From Candidatus Doudnabacteria bacterium Gr01-1014_77 (GTDB lineage Bacteria; Patescibacteriota; Doudnabacteria; UBA920; VMFF01), in NCBI GenBank assembly GCA_007375915.1, contig VMFF01000002.1, forward strand, positions 1 through 26,672: a stretch of 26,672 bases of DNA. The letters run 5' to 3'. The notes beneath the pieces are model-generated. The model did not search any database. It saw only the letters and a program-made list of their open reading frames with translations, and had not been told where the DNA came from. The translations under genes were made by a program, and so were the position numbers. This document shows, piece after piece, positions 14,983 through 23,627 of the stretch (positions are counted from its first letter, which is position 1; every line of letters starts with the position of its first letter).

Positions 14983-16827
14983 CTATCTATTTGCGCGTTT
15001 TCTTTCGGTTGCGTTCAGTATCTTTTTTCTGAGACGAATGCTTTTTGGTGTTACTTCTACAAGTTCGTCGTTGCCAATATATTCTAATGCAAAATCCAAA
15101 GTTATTTCTTTCGGAGGAGTTAAGATTATAGCATCATCATTTCCAGATGAACGCATGTTTGTAAGCTTCTTCGTTTTGTTAACATTTATCTCTAAATCTG
15201 TATCAAAGTTATTTTTGCCAACAATCATTCCTTCATAAACATCAACAGCAGGAGCAATGAATAGGGTTCCGCGTTCCTGAGCATTGTTTAAACCATATGC
15301 ATTTGAAACACCGGTTTCAGCTGCAATTAATGATCCGTGTGAATTTGTTGTGTCGCTATTTATATTTGCAACTGGTCTGTAAGAATCAAAAAGATTGTTT
15401 AATATTGCTGTACCGCGGGTTTTTGTTAAAAGAGAATTCTTTAAACCAATTAATCCTCTTGTTGGGATTAGGTATTCAGCATGGATTTCATTTGATTGAG
15501 ATGTTTCCATGTGTCTTAATTCACCACCTCTTTTTCCAAGTTCTTCAATTACTGGACCTTGATATTCACTAGGAACATCAACTGTGAGGATTTCGTATGG
15601 TTCTTCCTTAACACCATTTTCTTCTTTGTATATAACTTCTGGTTGGGAGACTTGAAGCTCAAAACCTTCTCTTCGCATTGTTTCAATCAAGATGCCAAGG
15701 TGCAATTCACCACGTCCGGAAACTAGGAAAGAATCTGTGCTTCCTGTTTCTTCAACTCTTAAAGCAACGTTAGTTTCAAGCTCTCTCATTAAACGTTCTC
15801 TTAGATTTCTGGATGTAACAAATTTTCCTTCTCTTCCTCCAAAAGGGGAGTTGTTAACAGAAAAAGTCATTCTAACTGTTGGTTCTTCAATATGTACTGG
15901 ATCAATTTGAACTGGATTTGCGGCATCTGCAATTGTTTCTCCGATTGAGATATCATCAAAACCAGAGATTGAAACAATGTCACCTGCAACTGCTTCCATA
16001 ACCTCTGTTTTGCTTAATCCTTCAAAACTCATGATGTTTCCGACTTTGCCGTTTACTTTAGTTCCATCTGTCTTTATCTGGACAACATTTTGGGCTTTAG
16101 TTACTTTTCCAGCTTGTATTTTTCCTGTTCCCATTTTTCCTTTGTAGGAATCGTATGCTATTGCAAGGACTAACATTGCAAAAGGATCTTCTGCGTTTAC
16201 TGTTGGGACTGGTATATGTTTTATTATTGCTTCAAAAAGAGGAACAAGATCAGAGCTTTGTAAGTCTTCTAATGCTTTTGCTCCTGGGTGGTGTGGTTGA
16301 TGTATTGATGCAACTCCATTTATTCCCGATGCATAGATGATTGGGAAATCAAGTTGGATATCTGTTGCTTTTAAATCAACAAAAAGATCAAAGGTTTTGT
16401 TAACAACCTCTTCTGTTTGAGCATCAGCACGGTCAACTTTGTTTATGACAACAATTGCTTTGTGACCAAGTTCTAAAGCTTTCTTAAGAACGAATTTGGT
16501 TTGAGGCATAGGGCCTTCTTTTGCATCTACAAGAAGAAGAACACCATCAGCCATTTTAAGAGTTCTTTCAACCTCTCCGCCAAAATCTGCGTGTCCTGGT
16601 GTGTCTATTATGTTTATCTTAACGTTATTGTAAAGAACGCTGGCATTTTTTGCTTTTATGGTAATACCACGTTCTCTTTCGAGGTCCATTGAATCCATGA
16701 TTAAATCAGCACCTTCTGGTCCGTCTTTAACCGTGTGTGTTTGTTTAAGCATGGCATCAACTAATGTTGTTTTGCCGTGGTCAACGTGTGCTATTATTGC
16801 GATGTTTCTGATTAGCTCTCTTTGCAT
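14983..16827 (-). CDS. typA: Translational GTPase TypA/BipA
   Basis: [43 protein letters not shown] and [12 protein letters not shown]. Confidence 0.98.
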   Translation of the reverse strand: MQRELIRNIAIIAHVDHGKTTLVDAMLKQTHTVKDGPEGADLIMDSMDLERERGITIKAKNASVLYNNVKINIIDTPGHADFGGEVERTLKMADGVLLLVDAKEGPMPQTKFVLKKALELGHKAIVVINKVDRADAQTEEVVNKTFDLFVDLKATDIQLDFPIIYASGINGVASIHQPHHPGAKALEDLQSSDLVPLFEAIIKHIPVPTVNAEDPFAMLVLAIAYDSYKGKMGTGKIQAGKVTKAQNVVQIKTDGTKVNGKVGNIMSFEGLSKTEVMEAVAGDIVSISGFDDISIGETIADAANPVQIDPVHIEEPTVRMTFSVNNSPFGGREGKFVTSRNLRERLMRELETNVALRVEETGSTDSFLVSGRGELHLGILIETMRREGFELQVSQPEVIYKEENGVKEEPYEILTVDVPSEYQGPVIEELGKRGGELRHMETSQSNEIHAEYLIPTRGLIGLKNSLLTKTRGTAILNNLFDSYRPVANINSDTTNSHGSLIAAETGVSNAYGLNNAQERGTLFIAPAVDVYEGMIVGKNNFDTDLEINVNKTKKLTNMRSSGNDDAIILTPPKEITLDFALEYIGNDELVEVTPKSIRLRKKILNATERKRANR

Positions 16828-16933
16828 TGTGTCTTTTAAAATTAAAAGCGCACTCTTGCGCCCCGTTATTCTCGCATATTTTGGTTAAAAAGTCAACAAG
16901 TTTAGTTTGGTCGGAATTTGTCGTAGTTTTTAA

Positions 16934-17191
16934 TTATTTGTATAGATTACTGTGTTTGTCTAGTGTAATGAAAAAAGCCAAGTCATCATTGATGGATTCG
17001 TAAACCGCTCGATAGTCCGCGGTTATATTAATGCTGCGATACCCTTTGTATTTACCGATTAAAGGGTGATTGTTCAAAATTGGGTTAAAGGGGTCTTCCA
17101 TGAATAAAAAGAGCCTTTGTTCTATCTTTGTTTTTAAGGCTTTAAGTTTTTTTGTTTGTTTCTTGAAGTTTTTATGAAATACAACCTGCAT
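16934..17191 (-). CDS. Type II TA toxin, YafQ/RelE-family mRNA interferase
   Basis: F.KQ.KKL, NHPLIGKYKGYRSINITADYRAVY and LDKHSNLY; lies directly downstream of an antitoxin. Confidence 0.88.
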   Translation of the reverse strand: MQVVFHKNFKKQTKKLKALKTKIEQRLFLFMEDPFNPILNNHPLIGKYKGYRSINITADYRAVYESINDDLAFFITLDKHSNLYK

Positions 17192-17196
17192 TTGGT

Positions 17197-17469
17197 CTAA
17201 GAGTTAAGATAATCAAGAGCTTCTTTGGCACTACTAAAGACAGGGGAAATATTTTTTCCCAATACATAGTCCTTTTTAACGCTCCCAATAAGTTCTTCTA
17301 GTTCTGGCGTCATTCTTGGAATTGCGGAAAAATATACTTCTTTGCTCCTAATAAACTGTTTTAGAGAAGCGTTTATAACCGCACTTAAAGTTAGTCCCAA
17401 ATCTGCAGCGACTTTTTGGGCGTTTTCTTTGACTTGTTTGTCTGTTTTAATATTGATGATAGTTTTCAT
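17197..17469 (-). CDS. RelB/DinJ-family antitoxin
   Basis: MKTIINIKTDKQVKENAQKVAADLGLTLSAVINASLKQFI is a ribbon-helix-helix pattern; ATG 17469 is preferred over the track's 17508. Confidence 0.88.
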   Translation of the reverse strand: MKTIINIKTDKQVKENAQKVAADLGLTLSAVINASLKQFIRSKEVYFSAIPRMTPELEELIGSVKKDYVLGKNISPVFSSAKEALDYLNS

Positions 17470-17576
17470 ATCCAAAGTATATACAACGGATATTAGCTTG
17501 TCAAACAATGGTCTAGATGTAAGTTTGTCGTCTTCAGTTTTAACTTAATGGTATAATTAAAGGTGTAATTAATAAC

Positions 17577-18023
17577 TTGAACGATATGAATATGATTTGG
17601 TCTTGGTTTAAAAGGAATGTCCTGTATTTTGCTTGGGGAACTTCTTTTTCAGCCCTGGTAGGTAGTATGTATTTTAGTGAAGTTAAACATTTTTTGCCTT
17701 GTACTCTTTGCTGGTATCAAAGGATTTTAATGTATCCATTGGTTCTCATTATTGCCATAGCTATAGTTAAGAAGGACAGAAATATAGCAGATTATGTGCT
17801 TCCTTTCACTGTAATTGGTGGCTTAATCGCTTTTTATCAGTTTCTTTTAACAAAAGGTGCTATACCAGATACTCTGGCTCGTTGTTCTTTAAGTGGTATT
17901 TCTTGTACTACTAAATATGTTGAATGGCTAGGGTTCATAAATATTCCGTTTATGTCTTTTGTTGCTTTTGGTTTCATTGCCTTCTGCGTGGTAATATATA
18001 TTAAAGAAAATAAAGGGAGATAA
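17577..18023 (+). CDS. dsbB: Disulfide bond formation protein B (DsbB/BdbC-like)
   Basis: PCTLCWYQRI motif, four TM helices and a second Cys pair. Confidence 0.92.
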   Translation: MNDMNMIWSWFKRNVLYFAWGTSFSALVGSMYFSEVKHFLPCTLCWYQRILMYPLVLIIAIAIVKKDRNIADYVLPFTVIGGLIAFYQFLLTKGAIPDTLARCSLSGISCTTKYVEWLGFINIPFMSFVAFGFIAFCVVIYIKENKGR

Positions 18024-18025
18024 CT

Positions 18026-18676
18026 ATGAAAAAAGAAATCGGTGTTCTTTTAGGAGTTGGATTATTAATTGTAATTTTGGTTGGTTTAGGAATGTTTCTT
18101 GCAAAATCTAGTGGAGAAAGTGTAACAGCAAGCGTGAATGTTTTGCTTGATGGCGCAGTATATCAAACTAACTATCAGGGAGAAGGAAAGACAGCTAAAG
18201 TTAATGTTGTTGAGTTTGGAGACTATCAATGCCCAGCTTGTTCTGTAGCTGAACCAAAGGTTCAGGAACTACTAGCTAAGTACAAGGACAACAAAGAGTT
18301 TAATTTTGTTTTCAGAAGTTTTCCTTTACCACAGCATCCAAATGCAATGATTGCTTCAGAAGCAGCTTTGGCAGCAGGGGAACAAGGTAAGTATTTTGAA
18401 ATGCACAGCAAGCTATATACAAATCAAGCAGAGTGGGAAAACAGTCCTGATCCGCTCGATATATATACAAAGTATGCAACAGAGCTTGGTTTGAATGTTA
18501 ATGTTTTTAGAGAAGCAGTTCGCGGTGAAAAGTTTAAGGATCAGATTCTGAAAGACAGAAGTATTGCTGAATCAATAGGAGTAAATGCAACACCAACATT
18601 CTTTGTTAATGACAAGCCATTTGTCGGTATTCCAGGAGATGACATGTTCCAGGCAGTGGAAGAGGGATTGAAATAG
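18026..18676 (+). CDS. dsbA: Membrane-anchored DsbA/BdbD-like thiol-disulfide oxidoreductase
   Basis: N-terminal TM helix, EFGDYQCPAC, FRSFPL, and GVNATPTFFVN with the cis-Pro loop. Confidence 0.92.
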   Translation: MKKEIGVLLGVGLLIVILVGLGMFLAKSSGESVTASVNVLLDGAVYQTNYQGEGKTAKVNVVEFGDYQCPACSVAEPKVQELLAKYKDNKEFNFVFRSFPLPQHPNAMIASEAALAAGEQGKYFEMHSKLYTNQAEWENSPDPLDIYTKYATELGLNVNVFREAVRGEKFKDQILKDRSIAESIGVNATPTFFVNDKPFVGIPGDDMFQAVEEGLK

Positions 18677-18800
18677 CGTTGACTTATGTGGGTATTCTGG
18701 GGTATACTGTTTTAAGTAAATCCTTGAATACTCACGTTGCCTGACACAGCAAGCAACCAATCGGCTCTTACAAATCTGTGTAAGGGTTTTTTAATATCAT

Positions 18801-18879
18801 GGTGGGTGTAGCTTAATTGGTTAAAGCGTCCGCCTGTGGAGCGGAAGACCTGAGGGTTCAAGTCCCTTCACCCACCCCA
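18801..18879 (+). tRNA. tRNA-His (GTG) with encoded G-1
   Basis: G-GTGGGTG/CACCCAC-C-CCA; anticodon arm TCCGC-ctGTGga-GCGGA. Confidence 0.95.
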
Positions 18880-18953
18880 TAAATATATAAATGAAACTCG
18901 TCTAATGGGCGAGTTTTTGTTATGCTGTATATGTATTTATTAATGACACTCAT

Positions 18954-19256
18954 ATGAACAAACTTGTACAACGAAGTTTTTTAAATGCACTAGGCACAGT
19001 GGTTTATGTATCAGCAGTAGCGATAGTTATGCAAAACGGTGAAAAGATATTTGGAGGAAAGAGCAGTATAGTTGGTCCAATTAGTTTTTTGATGCTCTTT
19101 GTTCTTTCAGCAGCTATAACATCAAGTCTATTGTTGGGTAAACCGTTACTTATGTATCTTAATAATCAGAAGAGTGAAGCTGTCCGATTGTTCATTTACA
19201 CGATCTGTTGGTTAGCCCTTGCGGTTGTAATTTTGTTCGTTACAAATTTGCGATAA
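18954..19256 (+). CDS. Hypothetical membrane protein with three TM helices
   Basis: Clean ORF with hydrophobic helices, followed by a terminator. Confidence 0.8.
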   Translation: MNKLVQRSFLNALGTVVYVSAVAIVMQNGEKIFGGKSSIVGPISFLMLFVLSAAITSSLLLGKPLLMYLNNQKSEAVRLFIYTICWLALAVVILFVTNLR

Positions 19257-19291
19257 CATGCTTCAAGCGTAATATCTTTTACTATACAACT

Positions 19292-19326
19292 ATCAAAAAA
19301 CCTAGCAAATGCTAGTGTTTTTGATT
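19292..19326. terminator. Symmetric terminator; also the left copy of a direct repeat
   Basis: ATCAAAAAAC-CTAGC-aaat-GCTAG-TGTTTTTGAT. Confidence 0.75.
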
Positions 19327-19378
19327 TTATACCCCAAGTGCTCTAATATATCAAGACACTGAATCAAAGGAGGACACC

Positions 19379-20170
19379 GTGGAGTATTTCTGGGCCATGC
19401 GACCCAAGCAAGGAATATTTGCGGTGCTTCTTGCACTGACAAGTTTCCGGCTCACTGGTACACAGAATATCGTATACATGATCTTGGTTGCCTTGACCGT
19501 CTTTGTGATGGTTGGGGTTATCATGGTCTGGAACGATTACTGCGACCGTGACAGAGATGTTTTGAAAGACAAGACGTTTGTTCACAACAATCCGAGTAGG
19601 TACCTACGCTTTAGTATCCAGTTATGGTGCCTAGCAGGAGTTTTGAGTCTTGGACTTCTCGTCTTCAGCTGGCAAGCATTTGCACTCGCAGTATTCATGG
19701 GTTTGGTAGGGTGGCTCTACTCAGTTACGATTATTAAGATCCCACTACTCCCTGCATTTACAGTGGCGATGCTTTCATCGGCAGTGATTTTCTATCCTGC
19801 ATGTTTGCCTGGTGGCTACTCTTCTGAACTGCGGTATTTAGCTCAAATGACTTTCTGTCTCATCTTTGCTCGTGAACTCATGAGCGACATCGGCGATGTC
19901 GATGTGGATAGGGGGCACAAGGTCACTATCCCAGTTATGTTTGGAAGGGACGTGGCAACGGTGAGTGTTGTCATCGCTCTGATGGCTTTGCTCGTATCCG
20001 TTTCGCGTGCAGCTCCGGTTATCGGAGGAGCGTTGTCTGTTTTCCTGTTTGTGTTCATTCGTCAGCACGTGATGATCGAATTTGCAAACGGATACAAAGA
20101 AGGCCGTGAAATGCTTGATTTGATGACGCTCGGAACACTCCTCGCTCTCCTCGCTTTTGGCGAGATCTGA
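19379..20170 (+). CDS. UbiA-family intramembrane prenyltransferase
   Basis: Asp-rich motifs WNDYCDRDRD and SDIGDVDVD; multiple TM helices; AAGGAGG SD with GTG start; GC content higher than the flanks. Confidence 0.85.
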   Translation: MEYFWAMRPKQGIFAVLLALTSFRLTGTQNIVYMILVALTVFVMVGVIMVWNDYCDRDRDVLKDKTFVHNNPSRYLRFSIQLWCLAGVLSLGLLVFSWQAFALAVFMGLVGWLYSVTIIKIPLLPAFTVAMLSSAVIFYPACLPGGYSSELRYLAQMTFCLIFARELMSDIGDVDVDRGHKVTIPVMFGRDVATVSVVIALMALLVSVSRAAPVIGGALSVFLFVFIRQHVMIEFANGYKEGREMLDLMTLGTLLALLAFGEI

Positions 20171-20263
20171 CCCTGTCGTTACTTCCGTAGCTGCAGGGTC
20201 TCTCGTTTTGTATGACTTGATTCTTCTGTATCAAAATTAAAATATTTTTACTAGTCAGCTCCG

Positions 20264-20290
20264 AAAAACCTAGCAAACATTAGTATTTTT
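20264..20290 (+). repeat. Right copy of the 27-bp direct repeat flanking the UbiA gene
   Basis: AAAAACCTAGCAAACATTAGTATTTTT versus AAAAACCTAGCAAATGCTAGTGTTTTT at 19296-19322; 23 of 27 positions identical. Confidence 0.8.
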
Positions 20291-20320
20291 TGTTAGAATA
20301 TAGTTAATTAATTAAACAAT

Positions 20321-20494
20321 ATGCATAAAGATCACGCAACTTCTAATGCTGTTTATGGGCTAGGTCTCATTGGTGCGGCAGTATATTATATCCAGAATGC
20401 AACATCATTTGTGGATGGATTACTAGGAGTTTTAAAGGCTCTAGTCTGGCCTGCTTTTTTGGTTCACAAGGTGTTAGAGTTTTTACAGATGTAA
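20321..20494 (+). CDS. Small membrane protein, 57 aa (MHKDHATSNAVYGLGLIGAAVYYIQNATSFVDGLLGVLKALVWPAFLVHKVLEFLQM)
   Basis: Below the track cut-off. Two short hydrophobic segments; followed by the terminator AAAAATCGCC-tttga-GGCGATTTTT at about 20503-20527. Confidence 0.8.
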   Translation: MHKDHATSNAVYGLGLIGAAVYYIQNATSFVDGLLGVLKALVWPAFLVHKVLEFLQM

Positions 20495-20534
20495 TATTTA
20501 TTTAAAAATCGCCTTTGAGGCGATTTTTACTATT

Positions 20535-20942
20535 ATGGTTATACAAATCATTGTTAATTATTTAGTTGGTCTTTTTGCTGGCTATATTTTAGAGTTAGGG
20601 TACAGATCGTTTGAAGCCAAAAAGTTAGTCAAACCATTGTTGGTTAATGCTCAAATGTATGGGCTTTCTACAATAGGGTTGTATTTAACTTATACCTGGC
20701 AAATTCATCTGGTCATTAAAGTTGTTCTGATCCTTGTTCTTACAACAGGAGTAGAGTTTGTTTTTGGTTATTATTACCTTAAAGTTAAAAAAATTCGCCT
20801 GTGGGACTACTCGAAAGAAAGGTTTAATTACAAAGGAATTGTTAGTCTTAAATTTTCATTCTATTGGTTAATAATTGCTTTGCTTTATTATTATTTTGTT
20901 CTGCCGTCAGTAATTTTGTATAGTGATGAATTTATTAGGTAA
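20535..20942 (+). CDS. Putative ABC-transporter permease-like membrane protein (CmpB/DUF1113-like)
   Basis: GYILE..YR, MYG, T.VEF..G, LWDYSKERFNYKG.VSL.FS..W is the family pattern. Confidence 0.75.
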   Translation: MVIQIIVNYLVGLFAGYILELGYRSFEAKKLVKPLLVNAQMYGLSTIGLYLTYTWQIHLVIKVVLILVLTTGVEFVFGYYYLKVKKIRLWDYSKERFNYKGIVSLKFSFYWLIIALLYYYFVLPSVILYSDEFIR

Positions 20943-21561
20943 TCCAACTATCGAATTTTGCGAAAAAGCTTTTGATGGAATAATTAAAAGGCCGTTTTAT
21001 GCTTTGAGCAATTTATCGTATTTAATGGTTGGGTTTATTATTTTAGATCGGAAAACTAGATACTCAAAACCTTTTGGTTACATTGCTATATTAGTAGGTT
21101 TATTATCTTTTGGTTATGATGCCAGTTATACGTATTTATCCCAGTTACTAGATTTATTGGGAATGTTAATATTTGTGAATCTTCTGATTTATCTTTCAGT
21201 CAAAAGGCTTTTTTCGATTAAAACAAAAAAATTACTGATTTTTCAAATAATTGCAGTAATTTTAGGGATGTTTGCTATATTATATTTTAAATCTTTCTCT
21301 GGTGATTTTGTTTTTGGAGCTTTTGTATTAATAGCAATAATACTTGAGTTATCACTTTGGAAAGCGAAGAAAACAAGAGAAATGAAGATGTGGTTTGCTG
21401 GGCTTGCTGTTTTTATCCTAGCTTTTATAATTTGGTTGTTTGATGCAAATGGGTTATGGTGTGATCCCACGAACATGATTAACGGTAGGTCCATTTTCCA
21501 TATACTCACCTCCATTACAATCTTTTTGTTGTATAAATACAACGAAAGTCAAACTTCTTAA
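20923..21561 (+). CDS. Ceramidase-like (CREST superfamily) 7-TM protein
   Basis: N-terminal FCE, YALSNL.Y, LLD..GM, WLFD..G.WC and FHILT; seven hydrophobic segments. Confidence 0.7.
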   Translation: MMNLLGNPTIEFCEKAFDGIIKRPFYALSNLSYLMVGFIILDRKTRYSKPFGYIAILVGLLSFGYDASYTYLSQLLDLLGMLIFVNLLIYLSVKRLFSIKTKKLLIFQIIAVILGMFAILYFKSFSGDFVFGAFVLIAIILELSLWKAKKTREMKMWFAGLAVFILAFIIWLFDANGLWCDPTNMINGRSIFHILTSITIFLLYKYNESQTS

Positions 21562-21588
21562 AAAAGTAAGCTGTTAGCTTACTTTTTT
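21561..21588. terminator. Bidirectional terminator between convergent genes
   Basis: AAAAAGTAAGCT-gtt-AGCTTACTTTTT. Confidence 0.85.
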
Positions 21589-22037
21589 TGATTCTTTAGG
21601 GCTGCAATATCATTTGTTAGTTGCTTCATTGTTGACTCGATGTTTAGAAGCAGTTCTGCGTTTTTTCTTTCATAAATCGTATCTGCATGTTCTTCTTCCT
21701 GGATTTCACCAACATCCTCTTGAATCTCGTCAACATCTTTTTCAAGCTTTTCAACATCCTCTTGAATTTCATCGATGTCTTCTTCAACAGCAACCAAGCT
21801 TTGTGTGTTTCTGTTAACAGTCATTTGAATGAAGATTGAAAGGTATATTGCTTCTAGGGAAACAGCTGTTGTTAAGATCAAAAGAATGTCATTCGTAGAA
21901 ACATTAAAAAATCTTAAAGCAAATATTAAAACGAAAAGAGCCGTATGCAGAATTAACGACTTTGTTGAACCAACCCAATCAGTAATCTTAACAGGTAGTT
22001 GGTTTAGCTTTTTTAATTTATCTTTCTGTATTTCCAT
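21579..22037 (-). CDS. DUF1003-like membrane protein with an acidic coiled-coil tail
   Basis: WVGS, LILLTTAVSLEAIYLSIFIQM..NR, followed by EDIDEIQ/EDVEKLE/KDVDEIQ heptads. Confidence 0.75.
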   Translation of the reverse strand: MEIQKDKLKKLNQLPVKITDWVGSTKSLILHTALFVLIFALRFFNVSTNDILLILTTAVSLEAIYLSIFIQMTVNRNTQSLVAVEEDIDEIQEDVEKLEKDVDEIQEDVGEIQEEEHADTIYERKNAELLLNIESTMKQLTNDIAALKNQKK

Positions 22038-22081
22038 TGCTTTAATTATACCTCAGTGTTAACATATTTAAAAGGAGGCAT

Positions 22082-22612
22082 ATGAAAAAAATATTATTAG
22101 TTTTGCTATTCTCACTTTTGGCAGTGAGTTGCAACAAAACAGAGCAACCAAAAAAAGAAACATTTACAGGAACCTGGTATAGCGGATACGAGGGTTATTT
22201 TACTGATGTTTCGTATTCTCTAAGCTATGATCCATCAAAAGCAACAATTGTTAAGAATAGCGAGAACAGCGCTAAGATTACAGATATTCAAACAAAGAAA
22301 GATGGCAGGATCTTGTTTTTTAATAATGATGGTGCAGGTTTTTCGTCTTCTGAAGAGGTTTGGAAAGAGTATTTTCAAAAGACCAGTGGATGTACTGAGT
22401 GTACAACTACAACAAATATCTTAAGTTTCAACCCATCTAATTTTCAAAGTCCTGTAACCAATATGATTACCTTTGAAAACCTTTCAGAATATTGGATAAT
22501 TAGCAAAGTGTATCCAGGATATATTGCGATTATGGTTCCTAAACCAATCGGAACAATCAAGGAGATTTTAGAAACTCTTACCTGGCATTACACTAAAATA
22601 CAACCAACATAG
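22082..22612 (+). CDS. Hypothetical lipoprotein
   Basis: AAGGAGG SD; MKK followed by a hydrophobic stretch and lipobox LAVS-C. Confidence 0.8.
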   Translation: MKKILLVLLFSLLAVSCNKTEQPKKETFTGTWYSGYEGYFTDVSYSLSYDPSKATIVKNSENSAKITDIQTKKDGRILFFNNDGAGFSSSEEVWKEYFQKTSGCTECTTTTNILSFNPSNFQSPVTNMITFENLSEYWIISKVYPGYIAIMVPKPIGTIKEILETLTWHYTKIQPT

Positions 22613-22660
22613 CAAAAACTAGTGAATGGAGGGTATAAAATGCCATTCATTCACTAAATA

Positions 22661-22689
22661 TTGACGTTTTTGCGTGAATTGTGTATAAT
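22661..22689 (+). promoter_or_regulatory. Promoter of the Fic gene
   Basis: TTGACG-N17-TATAAT with an extended -10 TG. Confidence 0.75.
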
Positions 22690-22712
22690 ACTGATAGTAA
22701 TGGAAAATATCT

Positions 22713-23627
22713 ATGGCTATTAGCAAACCTATAAAAAACAGGCTCACTTTATTAAAAAGTGAATATGACACATTGCGTAAGGGTAAAGAATCACTGTTGG
22801 CAATAATAGATGACGCTGAAATACCAGAGAGCGTTTATAATTCGAATGCCATTGAAAATTCTACTCTTACGTTGAAAGAGACAGAAAAAATTCTTTTAGA
22901 TATGGAAGTATCCAGAGATGTTTCTTTGCGTGAAGTTTTTGAAGCCAAAAATTTAGCAAGAGTCATTGGATATATTCGAAACAAGAGCCAAGACACAGAA
23001 ATTAGCAAAGAAGTAATTTTGCTGTTACACCAAATGCTCATTGGTGGGATTGATGACGTAATCGCTGGACGTTTTAGAAAGACCGGCGAATATGTTCGTG
23101 TTGGAACTCATGTTGCTCCGGCACCTGAACATGTTGAGAGAATGATTGAAACAATTATTACTGAATATACAGGCGATCTATCAGATTATTTTTTGGACAA
23201 GATCGCTAAATTCCATTTGAATTTTGAAACCATACATCCATTCAATGATGGTAATGGTCGCATTGGACGCGTACTTATTTGTTTTCAGCTACAGAGGATT
23301 GGTTTTCCAATAATTATTATTCGTGATCGTGAAAAGAAAGAATATTATAATGCATTTAAAGAATACAACCATACCAAAAAAACTAAAGCAATGGAAAAAG
23401 TTATTTCCTTAGCCTTGATGGAGTCATTTAGTAAGAGAATAACATATTTGAAAGGTCAAAAGATAATTACATTGTCTGATTATACAAAAGCACATAACTT
23501 TTCGCCGTCTGGGATGATTAATGCCGCAAAACGACAGAATATACCAGCTTTCAGAGAAAAAGGTGTTTGGAAGATAGGCGAAGCCTTTGTTTATACAGCC
23601 ACAAAAAGACTACCAAAGAATAACTAG
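22713..23627 (+). CDS. Fic-domain protein (AMPylase type)
   Basis: Canonical HPFNDGNGRIGR motif; N-terminal inhibitory SNAIEN motif (class II); HTH-like C-terminal tail. Confidence 0.93.
   Translation: MAISKPIKNRLTLLKSEYDTLRKGKESLLAIIDDAEIPESVYNSNAIENSTLTLKETEKILLDMEVSRDVSLREVFEAKNLARVIGYIRNKSQDTEISKEVILLLHQMLIGGIDDVIAGRFRKTGEYVRVGTHVAPAPEHVERMIETIITEYTGDLSDYFLDKIAKFHLNFETIHPFNDGNGRIGRVLICFQLQRIGFPIIIIRDREKKEYYNAFKEYNHTKKTKAMEKVISLALMESFSKRITYLKGQKIITLSDYTKAHNFSPSGMINAAKRQNIPAFREKGVWKIGEAFVYTATKRLPKNN

Noticed and set aside
16934-17469. TA module as a novel system
   Set aside because: It is a standard antitoxin-then-toxin RelB/DinJ-YafQ/RelE arrangement.
17577-18676. dsbB-dsbA pair as unusual
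   Set aside because: It is a well-known disulfide-formation pair with canonical motifs.
18880-23627. Integron cassette array or prophage downstream of tRNA-His
   Set aside because: There is no integrase, no repeated attC (RYYYAAC...GTTRRRY) structure, no duplicated tRNA 3' end and no phage gene. The intergenic hairpins are ordinary terminators.
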